DNA of 35,311 nt from Octopus sinensis (lineage: Eukaryota). Shown here one piece after another: positions 1-12,741 of the stretch (position 1 is the first letter of the stretch; the number at the start of each line of letters is the position of its first letter). Below the pieces are notes generated by a model that searched no databases, had not been told where the DNA came from, and was given only the letters and a program-made list of their open reading frames with translations. Both the position numbers and the translations under genes were made by a program. Location: positions 1 through 35,311 of the forward strand of contig NW_021828093.1 of assembly GCF_006345805.1 (NCBI RefSeq), given 5' to 3'.

Positions 1-91
1 ACAGCTCGTGACATGAAAACGGCCTTGAATGGCTGAAGTGAATAATATGGCGAAAGACTTTTAGCTGGAACACATAGAGAAAGGAATAAAG

Positions 92-92
92 A

Positions 93-164
<72 letters not shown>

Positions 165-198
165 CATCTGTCTGTCTGTTAGTCTGTCTGTCTGTCTA
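92..198. repeat. (TATC)n/(TGTC)n microsatellite
   Basis: Direct tetranucleotide tandem array. Confidence 0.95.
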
Positions 199-202
199 TA
201 TA

Positions 203-586
203 GGAGAGGCTGTGTGGTAAGAAGCTTGTTTACTAACCACATGGTTCCAGGTTCAGTCCCACTTCGTGTCACCTTGGACACGTGTCTTGTACTACAGCCT
301 CGGGCCGACCAAACCCTTGGGAGTGGATTTGGTAGACGGAAACTGAAAGAAGCCTGTCGTATATATATATATCTATATATATGTATATGTTTGTGTGTCT
401 ATGATTGTCCCCCCAACATCGCTTGACGACCGATGGTGGTGTGTTTACGTCCCCGATAAAATAAGTATTAGGCCTACAAAGAGTAAATTCTGGGGTCGAT
501 TTGCTCGACTAAACATTGCAGTGCCCCAGCGTGGCCACAGACAAATGACTAAAACAAATAAAAGAATAAAAAGAGAATAAAAGAAT
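203..586 (+). mobile_element. tRNA-headed SINE family A (bipartite, central microsatellite), internally deleted copy
   Basis: Matches the fuller copy at 13301-13723: GGCTGTGTGGTAAG A-box-like, GGTTCAGTCC B-box-like, CCTCGGGCCGACC...GGAAACTGAAAGAAGCC, and a 3' half ending in an AAAAGAAT-type tail. Confidence 0.9.
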
Positions 587-589
587 GTA

Positions 590-645
590 TACGTATGTAA
601 TATACATGTATGCATATATACTTATATATATGTATGTATATATAA

Positions 646-741
<96 letters not shown>

Positions 742-805
742 ACGGATACACACATATATGTAAGTGTATACACACACACATTTATGTATATAAACATATA
801 TATAT
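590..805. repeat. (GATA)n array with AT/AC-rich flanks
   Basis: Direct tandem array; source of ORFs 509-781 and 549-797. Confidence 0.95.
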
Positions 806-1219
806 ACTGACTAATCGAAAAGATAACAGGAAAGATGTCAATCTAATAGTTTTCTCGCATATGCAGAACAAATTAGAATGGAATTCATAGAAACGGGAAT
901 AGAAATAAACAGGAGGAAAGAAGATAGACAAAGAGCCAGAAAGACAGAAAACGAGTATAGCGCATGAAAAATGGAGAGAAGAGAGGGTATTTGGCATGGA
1001 GTGGGTGTCGAATGAGCCAATGTATCTAATTAAAAATAAATGATACTTTTAGTCTTATAGAAATATCCCTAATTATTAGGGAAAAAATGACAAATTACAT
1101 CGATTATCAACAGCATCTACCTCGGGTTCTAGGGATAAGATATAAGAGACAATAAAAGTAGCATTCCTTTGTCCCCTGCTAAAGCTTTCTACATTAAGAG
1201 TTGATAAAATGGTTCTGAT

Positions 1220-1890
1220 ATGTACACACACACACAGACACACACAGACACACACACACACATACACATACACACATATATGCATGTATATAATATATAC
1301 ATGTATATATATATATATTATATAAATATATATATATATATATATATACATAGTTACACACCACATGTATATATATATAGCTACGTATATATGTATGCAT
1401 GTATATATATATACACATATATTCATATTTTATAGATATATACAATATATATACATGTATATATATGTATTATATATATATATATTATATTATATATAAT
1501 GTATATATATATATGTTATATATGTATATATATATGTATTATATATATATTGTATATATATTTGTATTATATATATATATGTATATATATATGTATATAT
1601 ATATATGTATTATATATATTTATATGTATATATATTATATATATTTATATTTTTTATATATATATATAATATATTATATATATATATATATATAGATATA
1701 TATATATATATATATATTATATATAATACATGCATAGATGTGCGCACGCACATATAAGTATCTAACGAGAGAGAGACGTAAGAATAGTGTGTGAGAGATA
1801 GAGAGAGACTGATGTACAGGAAGGTAGGAAGAGGGAGAGTGAGAGAGAATGAGAGATAGAGAGAGAAAAAGACAGCAAGGGAAAGAGAGA
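1220..1890. repeat. Compound (CA)n/(TA)n then GA-rich low complexity
   Basis: Direct inspection. Confidence 0.9.
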
Positions 1891-2099
1891 TAAAATGGTA
1901 CAGCAAAGGTTCCAGCTATTGACACAACAGTTCAATTTAGCTGAATGCAGTTCGATATTTGAAATTCCTGAACCAAAATCAATGCATGTTTGTTTATTGG
2001 TTTCATTCTTTATTTTACTCGAAGCCATTAACGAATTTTACTAAAAGCTCCTTTTGTAAAGGCAACACTGCTGATAGGCAACCAGGTTTTCTGAGGAAT

Positions 2100-2256
2100 G
2101 CTATGTATATACATACATACATACATATATATGTATGTATATGTATATATATATATATTATATATATATATCTATATATATATATATACATACGCATATA
2201 TATATATACATGAACACACAATCATAAGTGTCTAAATATACTTGTGGGTACATAGG

Positions 2257-2308
<52 letters not shown>

Positions 2309-2417
2309 TAATATAATATATATGTATGTATGCATACATATATTTACTTACATACACATGTGTATATATATCTATATTTATACGCACACGCACATATATA
2401 TACATACATACACAAGT

Positions 2418-2475
<58 letters not shown>

Positions 2476-2500
2476 TAATACAACATATATATATATGATG
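2100..2500. repeat. (TA)n/(TACA)n compound microsatellite
   Basis: Direct inspection. Confidence 0.9.
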
Positions 2501-2808
2501 GTTTGTTTTAAAACGAACCTTTTAGGCAAGCAATTGTGAGCATACCCCGACACGCACCACATGTAGAGAAGTGTGTGTGTGTGTGTGTGTGTGCGTGTGA
2601 ATGAATTCAATTTTGACAGTTAATCAAATGGTTTATAACGTATCTATAAATATCTATCAACGAGTGATTCTCTGTGTACGTTTGAGTCCGTTTAACTATA
2701 GAAGGCTAAAAGTAAAATATACATTATTTTCCAAAGTTTCCAATACACACGTATATGTAATATATGAACAGTTACGCAAAAACATACATACATATATATA
2801 TACTTAGA

Positions 2809-2842
<34 letters not shown>

Positions 2843-3302
2843 TAGATAGATATAAATATACGTATATTTATATCTAGGTATAAAAACCGTCACGCGTGAA
2901 TGCTTTTATTTCTACAAAATCTGGCATAAAGCTAAATGAACCTCTACGCATATACGCATATATTTATGATAAATTAATTCATTTGCCATGCATATATTTA
3001 GATACGTGAGTGAGTGATCGTGTGTCTGTTTTTTTTTTTATGTGTGCGTTAACGAACTTGTGTGTCTGTCTGTTTCTCATATGTGTAGATGTATAGGTGA
3101 ACGTGTATTTGAGGCCACATATTACATACTGTGTAGTATACATGTGATGGAAGTAACAAATATAAATATAATCTTAAAAATAACATGCACGTCCCGCCAG
3201 CCCACCCCACCGTCATCTACAAATGAAAAGAATTTTTAAAAAAAGCAAAAATTCTTTCACCAACCACTTAGAGTTTTGCTTGTAACATTTCCTTTTCATT
3301 AG

Positions 3303-3378
3303 ATGCAATTAACTGTCAAATTAAAGAGGAGACACTTGGGGAAAATAGAAAAATAGGCTTAGAATGGGTTTTGCATGT
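3303..3378 (+). CDS. Candidate host-gene exon A (xAINCQIKEETLGENRKIGLEWVLH-), product unknown
   Basis: Acceptor TTTCCTTTTCATTAG| and donor GT|GTAAAT; open in phase 1 and ends phase 2. No homology recognised. Confidence 0.3.
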
Positions 3379-3874
3379 GTAAATATTCGTGTAGAGGACA
3401 ACAATGATGATGATGAGGAGGAGGAGGGGAGGTGGATGGAGAAACTTCGGAACTCATAGTGTTAATGGAATATCATGCCTTCTCTCCAACTTTGGCTCGT
3501 TCTCTTTGCATATATGAGGGCATATACTAACATATACATACAGAGAGACACATACGCACGCACACAAACAGACACACACATATGTATATATATTTATACA
3601 TACATATATATATTTACATATATATATATGCATATATCTATCTATATATATATGTATATATATATATGTCAGATATTTAATTGTGCATTCGTAGAAACTT
3701 ACACAGACATGCCTTCATGTATGTATATATATATTTGTGTGTGTGTGTGTACGTATGTATATACCCACACTTTTATTTACACGAACGTAAATGCTCTACT
3801 AAATAAATACATTACTACTTACGCAGTAACGTCAACATTCTTGCACACAGATACATCAATAAGTACGAACATTC

Positions 3875-3881
3875 ATATATA

Positions 3882-3928
<47 letters not shown>

Positions 3929-4137
3929 CTTATATATATATATACACATACATCATATATATTATATACATGCATACAATAGATATATATATATATATAT
4001 ATATACATACATATATATATACATATACATAATATATACATTTATATACATATATATATATACACATATATATATAAATATTATACATACATATAATATA
4101 TACATACATACATACATATAATATATATATACATACA

Positions 4138-4172
<35 letters not shown>

Positions 4173-4202
4173 TATATATATATTATATATATATATATAT
4201 AT
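3875..4202. repeat. (TA)n/(TACA)n compound microsatellite
   Basis: Direct inspection. Confidence 0.9.
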
Positions 4203-4299
4203 GACTATGTTAACGCTGACAGGTGTGACTATTAGAGAAATTCAAGGGCAATCCAATATGGAGGTACTGATGCAGATAAAGACAAGTGGGCGTAATACA

Positions 4300-4520
4300 C
4301 AGGGTAGGTCAAAAGTCACGTTCCAGGATTAAACATAATCTGAAATATGTTGTTCCGGAATTGTCAAAGACATGCTTTAATTTCCCTAAAATTGAATAAA
4401 ATAAACAAAATAATGTTGAATACACACATACTTATACACGATGAACACATTGGAAAAGAATAATATCGTAATATAAATAAAATCTTAATTAGTTTTGTAC
4501 GTAACTTTTGGGCCAGCCTG
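4300..4520. mobile_element. Degenerate Tc1/mariner-type MITE
   Basis: Left end CAGGGTAGGTCAAAAGTCAC; right end reverse-complements to CAGGCTGGCCCAAAAGTTAC. TA follows the right end, CA precedes the left. Confidence 0.5.
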
Positions 4521-4749
4521 TATATATATAAGCTTTTTCAAAAGTCTAACTAGAAACTCGCCTGTACACGTAATCACTCTTCTCACCCGCCTGTAATATT
4601 AAAAAAAAATACTTATAGCGAATATTAGTAACTGACTGTCTAACTTCTTTTTCTTTAAGGAAATTTTCGAGTAAGCAGTCTCCTGCAATAAAAATGGTCG
4701 AGTGAGTCAATAGTGGTTTCAAAGATGAATTAATATATAATCCCTCTAA

Positions 4750-4962
4750 GGTGGCGAGCTAGTAGAAACGTTAGCACGCTGGGCGAAATGCTTAGCGGTA
4801 TTCCGTCTATCTTTACTTTCTGAGTTCATATTCAGCCGAGGTCGACTTTGCCTTTTATCCCTTTGGGGTGGATTAATTAAGTATCAGTTACGTACTTAGG
4901 TCGATCTAATCGACTGGCCCCCTCCCCAAAAGTTTCGGACTTTGTGCCTACAGTAGAAAAAG
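4750..4962 (+). mobile_element. SINE family C with 18-bp TSD
   Basis: Similar to 9363-9595. AATATATAATCCCTCTAA occurs at both 4732-4749 and 4963-4980. Confidence 0.85.
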
Positions 4963-5278
4963 AATATATAATCCCTCTAATATTAATCAGAATAATATCC
5001 CTAGTGGCCTCAATGATAAATCAATAGATGTCCCCTCTAATAATCAGAATAATGATAATAGACCTAAAAATAGACTAAGAAAAATAATTTGATTCGCCTC
5101 GCCCTTTTCCCTTTATGTGAAACTAACATAAGTAAATGATTCTTGTCTCTCCCAGAGAAACATCTTCCAGTAACTCTGGAACATTCGTGCAGTTCCAAGC
5201 AATAATACTTTCTGTAGAGGCTCTATCTTCATATTTCTTCTTATCTTTACACTCCGGTCTACCCGTTTGATGATTATA

Positions 5279-6145
5279 CAGCGTGCGATGAATAAATTGT
5301 CATCTAAATTACTAAAAATGAGAATAACACTGACCTCTCATTGTAACATTTATATTTACCAAAATTATATTAAAATATCTCGAAAATATCTAAAGAGTAA
5401 ATTTATTCGTGAAAATCGCCACGACTTCCAGACAACTTTGAAATCTCCTGGAACTCTTCTGGACGGCCTCCTTATTTAAGTTGGTGAATACTGCCATAAT
5501 CCTAGCCTTCAGTTCATCTTTGGCATTACAAGGGGTTTTGTTAGTCTCTCGCTCAACTGCGCCCCACACATAATAATCAAGGGAGTTGCAGTTTGGTGAG
5601 TTAGGTGGCCAGATGTTAGGGGTGATTGATGTGGTTGCAGAAATTAACTGACAGCCATAATTGGGTTCTCCTGCTTGCGTAGTATGGTGCAGAGTCCTGT
5701 TGTCAGATATAGGGTCTTCCAGCAGCCACCCTCTTGACCCAGTGCAATAGTACATCCTCTAGGCACTTGATGTAGGCCTCTATGGTGAGTCTGGGGCCGT
5801 GTGAGATGATGAATGGAGGAATAACATCGCCATCACTAGTGATCACCCCAAACACCATGATGTTGAGTGGATGTTTGATTTTTCATCACTCTCGGTATAT
5901 GTACTCAGATTGCACTATCCTCAGATTGACACTAAAACACTCTGAAATATTCTTATTGGAGCCTCCAGCGAGAATGCCACGCAGTACAGCATGTTGGTTC
6001 CAAATTTCTGGCATGGTGCTGTTTTTCTCGCAGATGGTGCCCAACTGACCTTACTATACTCTGTAGCCGACGAAATCAAAACCAAACAAGCCGCATGCGC
6101 GAAATCAAAGATATAAAATGGCAACAGTTTACCAATCGCACGCTG
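5279..6145 (-). mobile_element. maT-type (DD37D) Tc1/mariner element, internally deleted, non-autonomous
   Basis: TA|CAGCGTGCGAT...ATCGCACGCTG|TA termini. The minus strand gives an N-terminal MPEIWNQHAVLRGILAGGSNKNISECFSVNLRIVQ joined to KIKHPLNIMVFGVITSDG...QQDSAP...(frameshift)ITPNIWPPNSPNCNSLDYYVWGAVERE. D-to-D spacing is about 37 after frameshift repair. Confidence 0.9.
5400..6015 (-). pseudogene. DDD transposase remnant with stop codon, frameshifts and central deletion
   Basis: WPPNSPxCNxLDYYVW motif in ORF 5390-5755; in-frame TGA just before QQDSAP. Confidence 0.85.
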
Positions 6146-6818
6146 TAATAAAATTTTGACTTTCTTTTGTAACTCACCTAAAAAAAAACACTTGCTTTAT
6201 TTTAGTTTATTATCGAGTGCTTGACACATTTATCCAAGCAAGCTGCAATAAAAGAAACACACAGATTAATCTTCTGACCACATTGAAAGTTCTGACGTTA
6301 TTCATTGTGAATCTGGATTTACAGCATATAGGACAGACACAAAAAATATTGCTGAACATGACTTCAGCATAATTGGATAACATTGAAGAGTTAAAAACAA
6401 GAGAAACTAAAATATATTTAGTGGAGTTATGAACTCCACAATATGATGTATATCTGCCATTAACAGGCAGATTATCTCCCTTGGTAACGTAAATGGAATG
6501 AAAATATATTCAGACGAAGGTCGTACCGAGGTTAAGTATTTTCCTTTAGATACATACGCCAAGAAGCGTTATTTGTTAAAACGTAAAAGGTGGGTTTATG
6601 GTTTCAACTGTATTGAACAAAAGAGAAAATTGAATGCAAATAACAGTAAGCAAATATATTCGTAGAGCACATCCGTGTTTCTGTCTGCTATTATGTCACC
6701 TTGGAGTAAGACTGTCCACCTACCGCTAGCTATGAGAGAGCAGAAAGAGACTGAAACATTTTTACAATATCTATCTGCAGGGGTTGGACAAAATAATTGG
6801 AACAGTAGAAATTTAACT

Positions 6819-7072
6819 CCGCTAAGTTACGGAGGCATAAACACACCAACATCAGTTGTCAAGCGATAATGGGGGAGAAACACAGACACAGACACACACA
6901 CGCACACACACACACACATACGACAGGCTTCTCTCAATTTCCGTCTACCAAATCCACACACAAGTCTTTGGTCGGCCAAAGGCTATAGTGGAAGGCACTT
7001 GCTCAAGGCTCCACGCACAGTAGGACTGAACCCAGAACCATATAATTGGGAAGCAAGCTTCTTATCACAGCC
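6819..7072 (-). mobile_element. SINE family A, partial
   Basis: Reverse-complement similarity to 13301-13590. Confidence 0.85.
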
Positions 7073-7275
7073 CCTTCTCTCTCTCTCTCTCCCTGTAATA
7101 TATATATATATATATATATAATATAATATATATATATATTTATATACATATACATAGTCACTAAAGCGATTGAGAGTGCGGTGCTATTCAACATCTGTAT
7201 TGCTAGAAATAAGAGTCAAGCAATCATACCCCCAATAACGCACCATCTTATTGACTGACAAAGGAGGCAGTCAAC

Positions 7276-7276
<1 letters not shown>

Positions 7277-7323
<47 letters not shown>

Positions 7324-7437
7324 GTATATGTATATATATATGTATATATATATATGTATATATATATATATGTATATATATGTATATATATGTATATATA
7401 TATATGTATATATATATGTATATATATATATGTATAT

Positions 7438-7493
<56 letters not shown>

Positions 7494-7734
7494 ATGTATA
7501 TATATATATATATGTATATATATATGTATATGTATATGTATATATATATGTATATATATTGTATATGTATATATATATATATATGTAATATATATTTATG
7601 TTATATATATATGTATATATATATGTATATATAATACATATATTATATATGTATATATATATATGTATATATATATATGTGTATACATATATGTATATAT
7701 ATATATGTATATATTATATATATGTATATATATG

Positions 7735-7787
<53 letters not shown>

Positions 7788-7860
7788 GTATATATATATA
7801 TAATATGTATATATATTATGTATATATGTATATGTATATATATGTATATGTATATATAAT
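7277..7860. repeat. Long (TA)n array punctuated by G
   Basis: Direct inspection; source of the IY/MY ORFs. Confidence 0.95.
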
Positions 7861-7862
7861 TA

Positions 7863-8297
7863 TAGAAAAATACAAACTGGGACAAGAACGTAAAATATTT
7901 AGAAGACGATACAAAAAACACGGACGGGACATTCGAAGCTTTCAATCTTCAGTCAAGAACCGGATCATCCTCGCCATTTCGGCTGATTAATCTTGAGATC
8001 GCTCCGATCCGGCCAGCCTCAAGGAAAAACTAAGCTACGAGCATTAGATTTCTTGGAAAAAGGATCGAATGCATACGAAACAAGGACAGAAAAACGGACG
8101 ATGCCACACGAATATAAATACAAAAAACAATAATAGCAATAACAGGACAAAAACAGCGGGTGTCTTACGACTTTAGACAGTTCAACGAAGCTTAGCTGGC
8201 GTATTTGGAAAAAAATGCTTTGACGGCAGACGAAGAAAACGATGTTGTCGTGGCGGTGGTCAGAAGCCGAAAGGCTAGTTGATCGGCGGTCACGTGA
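7863..8297 (-). mobile_element. Interspersed repeat, possibly a Penelope-like terminal region
   Basis: First ~130 bp recur at 8881-9012. The minus strand has a CTGAAGA..TTCGAAT non-canonical HHR-like motif followed by a T-rich tail. Family assignment is inference. Confidence 0.45.
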
Positions 8298-8645
8298 GAG
8301 GAGAAGAGAGAGAGAAAAAAAGGGGGCAAAGGAATCAAAGAGAGAGAGAGAAAAAGAGTAACAAAGGCATCAAAGGGAGAGGGAAGAGAGAGAAAGAAGG
8401 AATTAAAGAGGGGAGAAGAAAGAGAGCGTGCCAAGGATTGGCTTGGCGACAGAATCAGTGAGGTGCAAAGTGAGAAAGACAGAGAAATGTGAGAGAGTGG
8501 GGGAAGAGGAGACCAAAGAATCAGAGGCAAGAAAAGAGAAAAGGAGGAGGAGAAGGGAGAGAGAGAGAGAGAGAAAGAGATATATCAAAGTGGAGTGCAA
8601 AGTGTGAAAGGTAGAGAAATGTAGGAGAGGGGTGAGAGAGAGACA
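8290..8645. repeat. GA-rich low-complexity tract
   Basis: Direct inspection. Confidence 0.85.
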
Positions 8646-8725
8646 GTGTATTAGAGTCGTACAAAATTTAAAGAAATATGTACTTACATACTGACCAAAA
8701 AGGGTACGGGCGCCGCTATATATAT

Positions 8726-8878
8726 TACTCTTTACTCTTTTACTCTTTTACTTGTTTCAGTCATTTGACTGCGGCCATGCTGGAGCACCACCTTTTAGTC
8801 GAGCAACTCCACCCCGGGACTTATTCTTTTTGTAAGCCCAGTACTTATTCTATCGGTCTCTTTTTGCCGAACCGCTAA
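8726..8878 (-). mobile_element. SINE family A, 3' half
   Basis: Reverse complement of the 13570-13723 region, including the (TACTCTTT)n tail. Confidence 0.9.
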
Positions 8879-8880
8879 TG

Positions 8881-9012
8881 TAGAAAAATACAAACTGGAA
8901 CAAGAACGTAAAACATTTAGAAGACGATGCAAAAAACACGGACGGGACATTCGAAGCCTTCAATCTTCAGTCAAGAACTGGATCATCCTCGCCATTTCGG
9001 CTGATTAATCTT
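8881..9012 (-). mobile_element. Second partial copy of the 7863-7994 repeat
   Basis: Near-identical text: TAGAAAAATACAAACTGG...GGCTGATTAATCTT. Confidence 0.85.
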
Positions 9013-9111
9013 ATGAGCGCCATACTAATACAATTGTTCGTTTGTTTTCCACCTGCCTTCGTCTTTTGTTTATTTTCATAAAGCTTCCCGTTATATATAT
9101 ATATATATATA

Positions 9112-9166
<55 letters not shown>

Positions 9167-9362
9167 CGTGAGAGGGAGAAAGAAGATAGGTGCAGCGTGG
9201 CTGTGTTGTAAAAAGCTTGCCTCCGGTTTGACGACGTCGATCGTGTTTTTTCTGTTGAAATTCTGTTATTTGTTGTGAATAATTGTTGAAGAGTGTTATT
9301 CTAAACTGCCACCTGTTTGCAGACTTTGTTGAACTATTTTATTTCCCGGTATACCGGGGAAT

Positions 9363-9595
9363 TAAAGCACCGAGCTGGCAGAATCGCTAGCACGCCGGGC
9401 GAAATGCTTAGCGGTATTTCGTCTATCTTTATGTTCTGAGTTCATATTCCGCCGAGGTCGACTTTGCCTTTCATCCTTTCGGGGTCGATTAAATAAGTAC
9501 CAGTTACGCACTGGGTCGATATAATCAACTTAATCCGTTTGTCTGTCCTTCTTTTTCCTCTCTGTGTTTAGCCCTTTGTGAGTAGTAAAGAAACA
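9363..9595 (+). mobile_element. SINE family C with 15-bp TSD
   Basis: GGTATACCGGGGAAT at 9348-9362 and 9596-9610; body similar to 4750-4962. Confidence 0.9.
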
Positions 9596-9744
9596 GGTAT
9601 ACCGGGGAATAAAGAATTTTTGTAGCCAATTGCCATTTATTCATTCGTGCGGATTTTTATCGGAGTACACATTGTTATTATTTGGCCTTTGTGGGCATTG
9701 TGGAGCTACGCCTCTCCATCAAACATGGGTGGGATTTGAACTGT

Positions 9745-9842
9745 ATGTGTGTGTGTGCGTGTGTGTGTCTGTGTCAGTGTTTCTTCCCCATTATCGCTTG
9801 ACAACCAATGTTGGTGTGTTTATGCCTCCGTAACTTAGCGGA
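9745..9842 (+). mobile_element. SINE family A, central fragment
   Basis: ATCGCTTGACAACCAATGTTGGTGTGTTTA...GTAACTTAGCGG. Confidence 0.8.
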
Positions 9843-9849
9843 GTTAAAT

Positions 9850-11864
9850 TTCTACTGTTCCAATTATTTTGTCCAATTATTTTGAACCAGAAAAATAGGA
9901 AACCTATAATTTTTGTTTTGAAGGGGAAAAAAGGACTTTTCGGCCGTTTTTTGAGTCGTTGGGCTAACAGGGGTGGGTTTTGAACTCACATTGCTTATAA
10001 AAGAAAACAAAATTGGATATGTGTCGGGAAACCTACGTTTTTTTCATGCGTTTTTTGCTAATTTATCTCGACCGAAATGTTGGTGGAGATAATTAGGAAA
10101 ACTGCTCTCTCGAAGAGAGTGATGCTTTTGAGGCTAATCAACCTCCAAAACAAGTTACCAAAGGCTTTGCAGCAGTATCCACTGTACAAACTGAAAGTCT
10201 GGAAATCCCATTAGTGGACCTCCAGGAGATTTTCAAAAGAATGACAGAGGAGGAGCGCGATGTAAAAATATTGCCTCCCACCAACGCAACAGGGGAAATC
10301 AAATAAAGAACCATTGTTTTCAAAACGTTTTGCCCAGAAGAAAAGAAGATGGTACATATGGACCATAAAATTGAAAAATGCCTTGCACCAATCTGGAATG
10401 ACATTATTTATGTTACAAGAGAGAAGAAATTTGGCACATAGAAGCCAGATTGAGGACGATAGAGTACGCCCGCGAGAACTCTGTCAGCCCGTTAAAAAGA
10501 AATGAAGTGGTGCTTCTGCCGACCTCTATGGGGCGGCGCACGTCCTGTGTCAAGGTAACAGAAGTACCGCTGGAGATTGATGCCGTGTGGGTATTGGCCG
10601 CCGTGTTATTTAACAGAGAAGACAAAGTTAACATAAGTGACATGGTCTCCCTTCCCCTCCAAATTGGCTTGGGCAGAGCATCGTGGCCATCATTCAAGTG
10701 GCACCGAAAGATTAGGAAAGCATTCCCCACAGAGTGCTCGTGGGTGAGGACGTAGTCCTGAAAATTCAAGTTGTGGTGGTGGTGGGGGAAAATCCCAGGG
10801 GGGTTTAAATTTGACCAAAAAAGGCACATAAGGGACGATTGTGACTCTGAAAAAAATAAAAGGAAGAAAATTCAAAGGTCCAAACAACAGTGGATACATT
10901 TACACCCGTCCCCCCACAAACCGAAAAAACTGCCGCCAAACCCACACCCATACCCACACCAACCCCAACATTAGCAAAAACACCCACTCTCCCAACTGCG
11001 GTGCCTACACAATCCCCCAAACAAGTATTCCAAAAGCCCCAACCCATGCACACACCGGTCCCGACAACAACAAAAATACCCACCTCCGTAAAAGTGCTCC
11101 CCCAGATGATACCATAGATGTAGCCGAGGAGGAGTTCACTATTGTTCGAAGCTCCACCAAAAGACTGTTGGCACAATCCCCATTCACATCCACCATAAAA
11201 AACAGAAAATCTAACGGCTCAGGCATTAAAATATCCCCGCCCAACCGTCCCAGAAAAACCAGGTGAAAAAAGGATTTTGGTCGAATTCGACCCGAGGGGC
11301 AAGTACACTATTGATGTTACATTGCCACACCACACCACTGTAATATGTCCATTGCACAAAAACTATCCTAGACGATGTAGAGGATAGGCGAAACAATGTT
11401 TAAAAAATTGAAGGAGAGACATCCAAAAGCCATCTCAAGATTAAAATACCTCCCAATATACCTCAGGAAAGAGGAGAAAAGAGGAACCTCCTTACGAGAC
11501 GTGAGGTCGGTCCCTACATCACCAATGAAAAGTAATTAGGACGTTTACTTTTCTTTAAAGTGTTAACACTTAACCTTGGCTGCTTAAATGTGCGTGGTCT
11601 GAGCAAGAAGTGGAAGCAAGCATGTTCCTCGAAGACATCAGATCACATGATATATATATGATGGTTGCAACAGAAGGTTACAAACCTTCTCGGCTCTCCA
11701 GAATGGCTATGAGAAAAGTATGTCTCCTGGCCAGATCAGAGGTCGAGGTGGTGTAGTAGTCCTGGTCCGAAAAGGCTTGGCTCTGCAGACAAGTACAGTC
11801 TTTGTGGACCTTGACGTGATATACAGCAGTAAGGCTTTCATGTTGATCGATATTTATGCACCTT
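9850..11864 (+). mobile_element. L1/Tx1-like LINE, 5' portion (degenerate ORF1 plus start of ORF2)
   Basis: ORF1-like pieces with a decayed zinc knuckle GFKFDQKRHIRDDC (CX2CX4HX4C-like, ~10800-10845) and a Pro/Thr-rich tail, then APE endonuclease motifs LGCLNVRGL (~11575), GRGGVVVLVRKGL and FMLIDIYAP. The 5' boundary is approximate. Confidence 0.75.
11551..11864 (+). pseudogene. APE endonuclease N-terminus of LINE ORF2, frameshifted
   Basis: LNVRGL, GGVVVLV and IYAP motifs, split across frames. Confidence 0.75.
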
Positions 11865-11995
11865 GGGCTTCTTTCAGTTTCCGTCTACCGAATCCACTCA
11901 AACAAAGCTTTGGTTGTACCGAGGCTATAGTGGAAGACACTTGCCCGAGGTGACACGCAGTGGGAATGAATTCGAAACCATGTGGCTGGTAAGCA
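11865..11995 (-). mobile_element. SINE family A, 5' half
   Basis: Reverse complement of the SINE head region. Confidence 0.85.
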
Positions 11996-12116
11996 AAAAA
12001 AAAAAAAATGAAGGAAAAAAATTCTGGATACTTATTTTATTGGTATCGCAATAAGAACATAGCAAATAGTTACATTCATCTAGCTAAGAGACTATGCAGC
12101 TCTATTCAAGGTTTAG

Positions 12117-12172
12117 CTATTCTCGTGCTTTGCAACGAATTATGGGTGCGTTCGTTTCAGATGATTCTTCAG
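12117..12172 (+). CDS. Candidate host-gene exon B (-YSRALQRIMGAFVSDDSS-)
   Basis: Strong donor CAG|GTAAGA; the acceptor TTTAG|C was chosen from several options. Phase 2 to phase 1. Confidence 0.3.
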
Positions 12173-12338
12173 GTAAGAAAAGAAATAAAGTGATTCCAGG
12201 ACTTACCCATCGGATAAAATATATTGAGACTGCTTACTTCAAATAATCCTAGGTGTTGTTTACCACTTGATGAGGTAGCTATAACTTGCATTTCAGTTGG
12301 GTGCTTGAACGGTACCCGCTGGGATTTACTATTCCCTG

Positions 12339-12375
<37 letters not shown>

Positions 12376-12445
12376 ATATATATATATATATATATATCTG
12401 TGTGCGTGCGTGTGTGTATGTGTATGTGTGTGTGTGTGTGTGTGT

Positions 12446-12741
12446 GGAGGCGCAACGGCCTAGTGGTTAGGGCAGCGGACTCGCGGTCGCAGGATCGCGG
12501 TTTCGATTCCCAGACCGGGCGTTGTGAGTGTTTATTGAGCGAAAGCACTTAAAAGCTCTACGAGGCTCCGGCAGGGGGTGGTGATCCCTGCTGTACTCTT
12601 TCACCACTCTTTCCCCCGCTCTTTCTTTGTTGGCCTGCTCGCTTAGCCAGCGGGGTGGCGTCATTCGAAGGCTAAAACGATGCGAACGCATTGAGGCCAG
12701 CCATGTGTAACTACATCTGATGGACTGGTCGGTCACGTGAT

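Noticed and set aside
6513-6535. CAGACGAAGGTCGTACCGAGG hammerhead-like spacing
   Set aside because: Both core halves are mutated and there is no stem I or III.
12446-12525. tRNA gene
   Set aside because: A and B boxes are present but there is no acceptor stem, and it continues into a SINE body. The same applies to the heads at 13301 and 17470.
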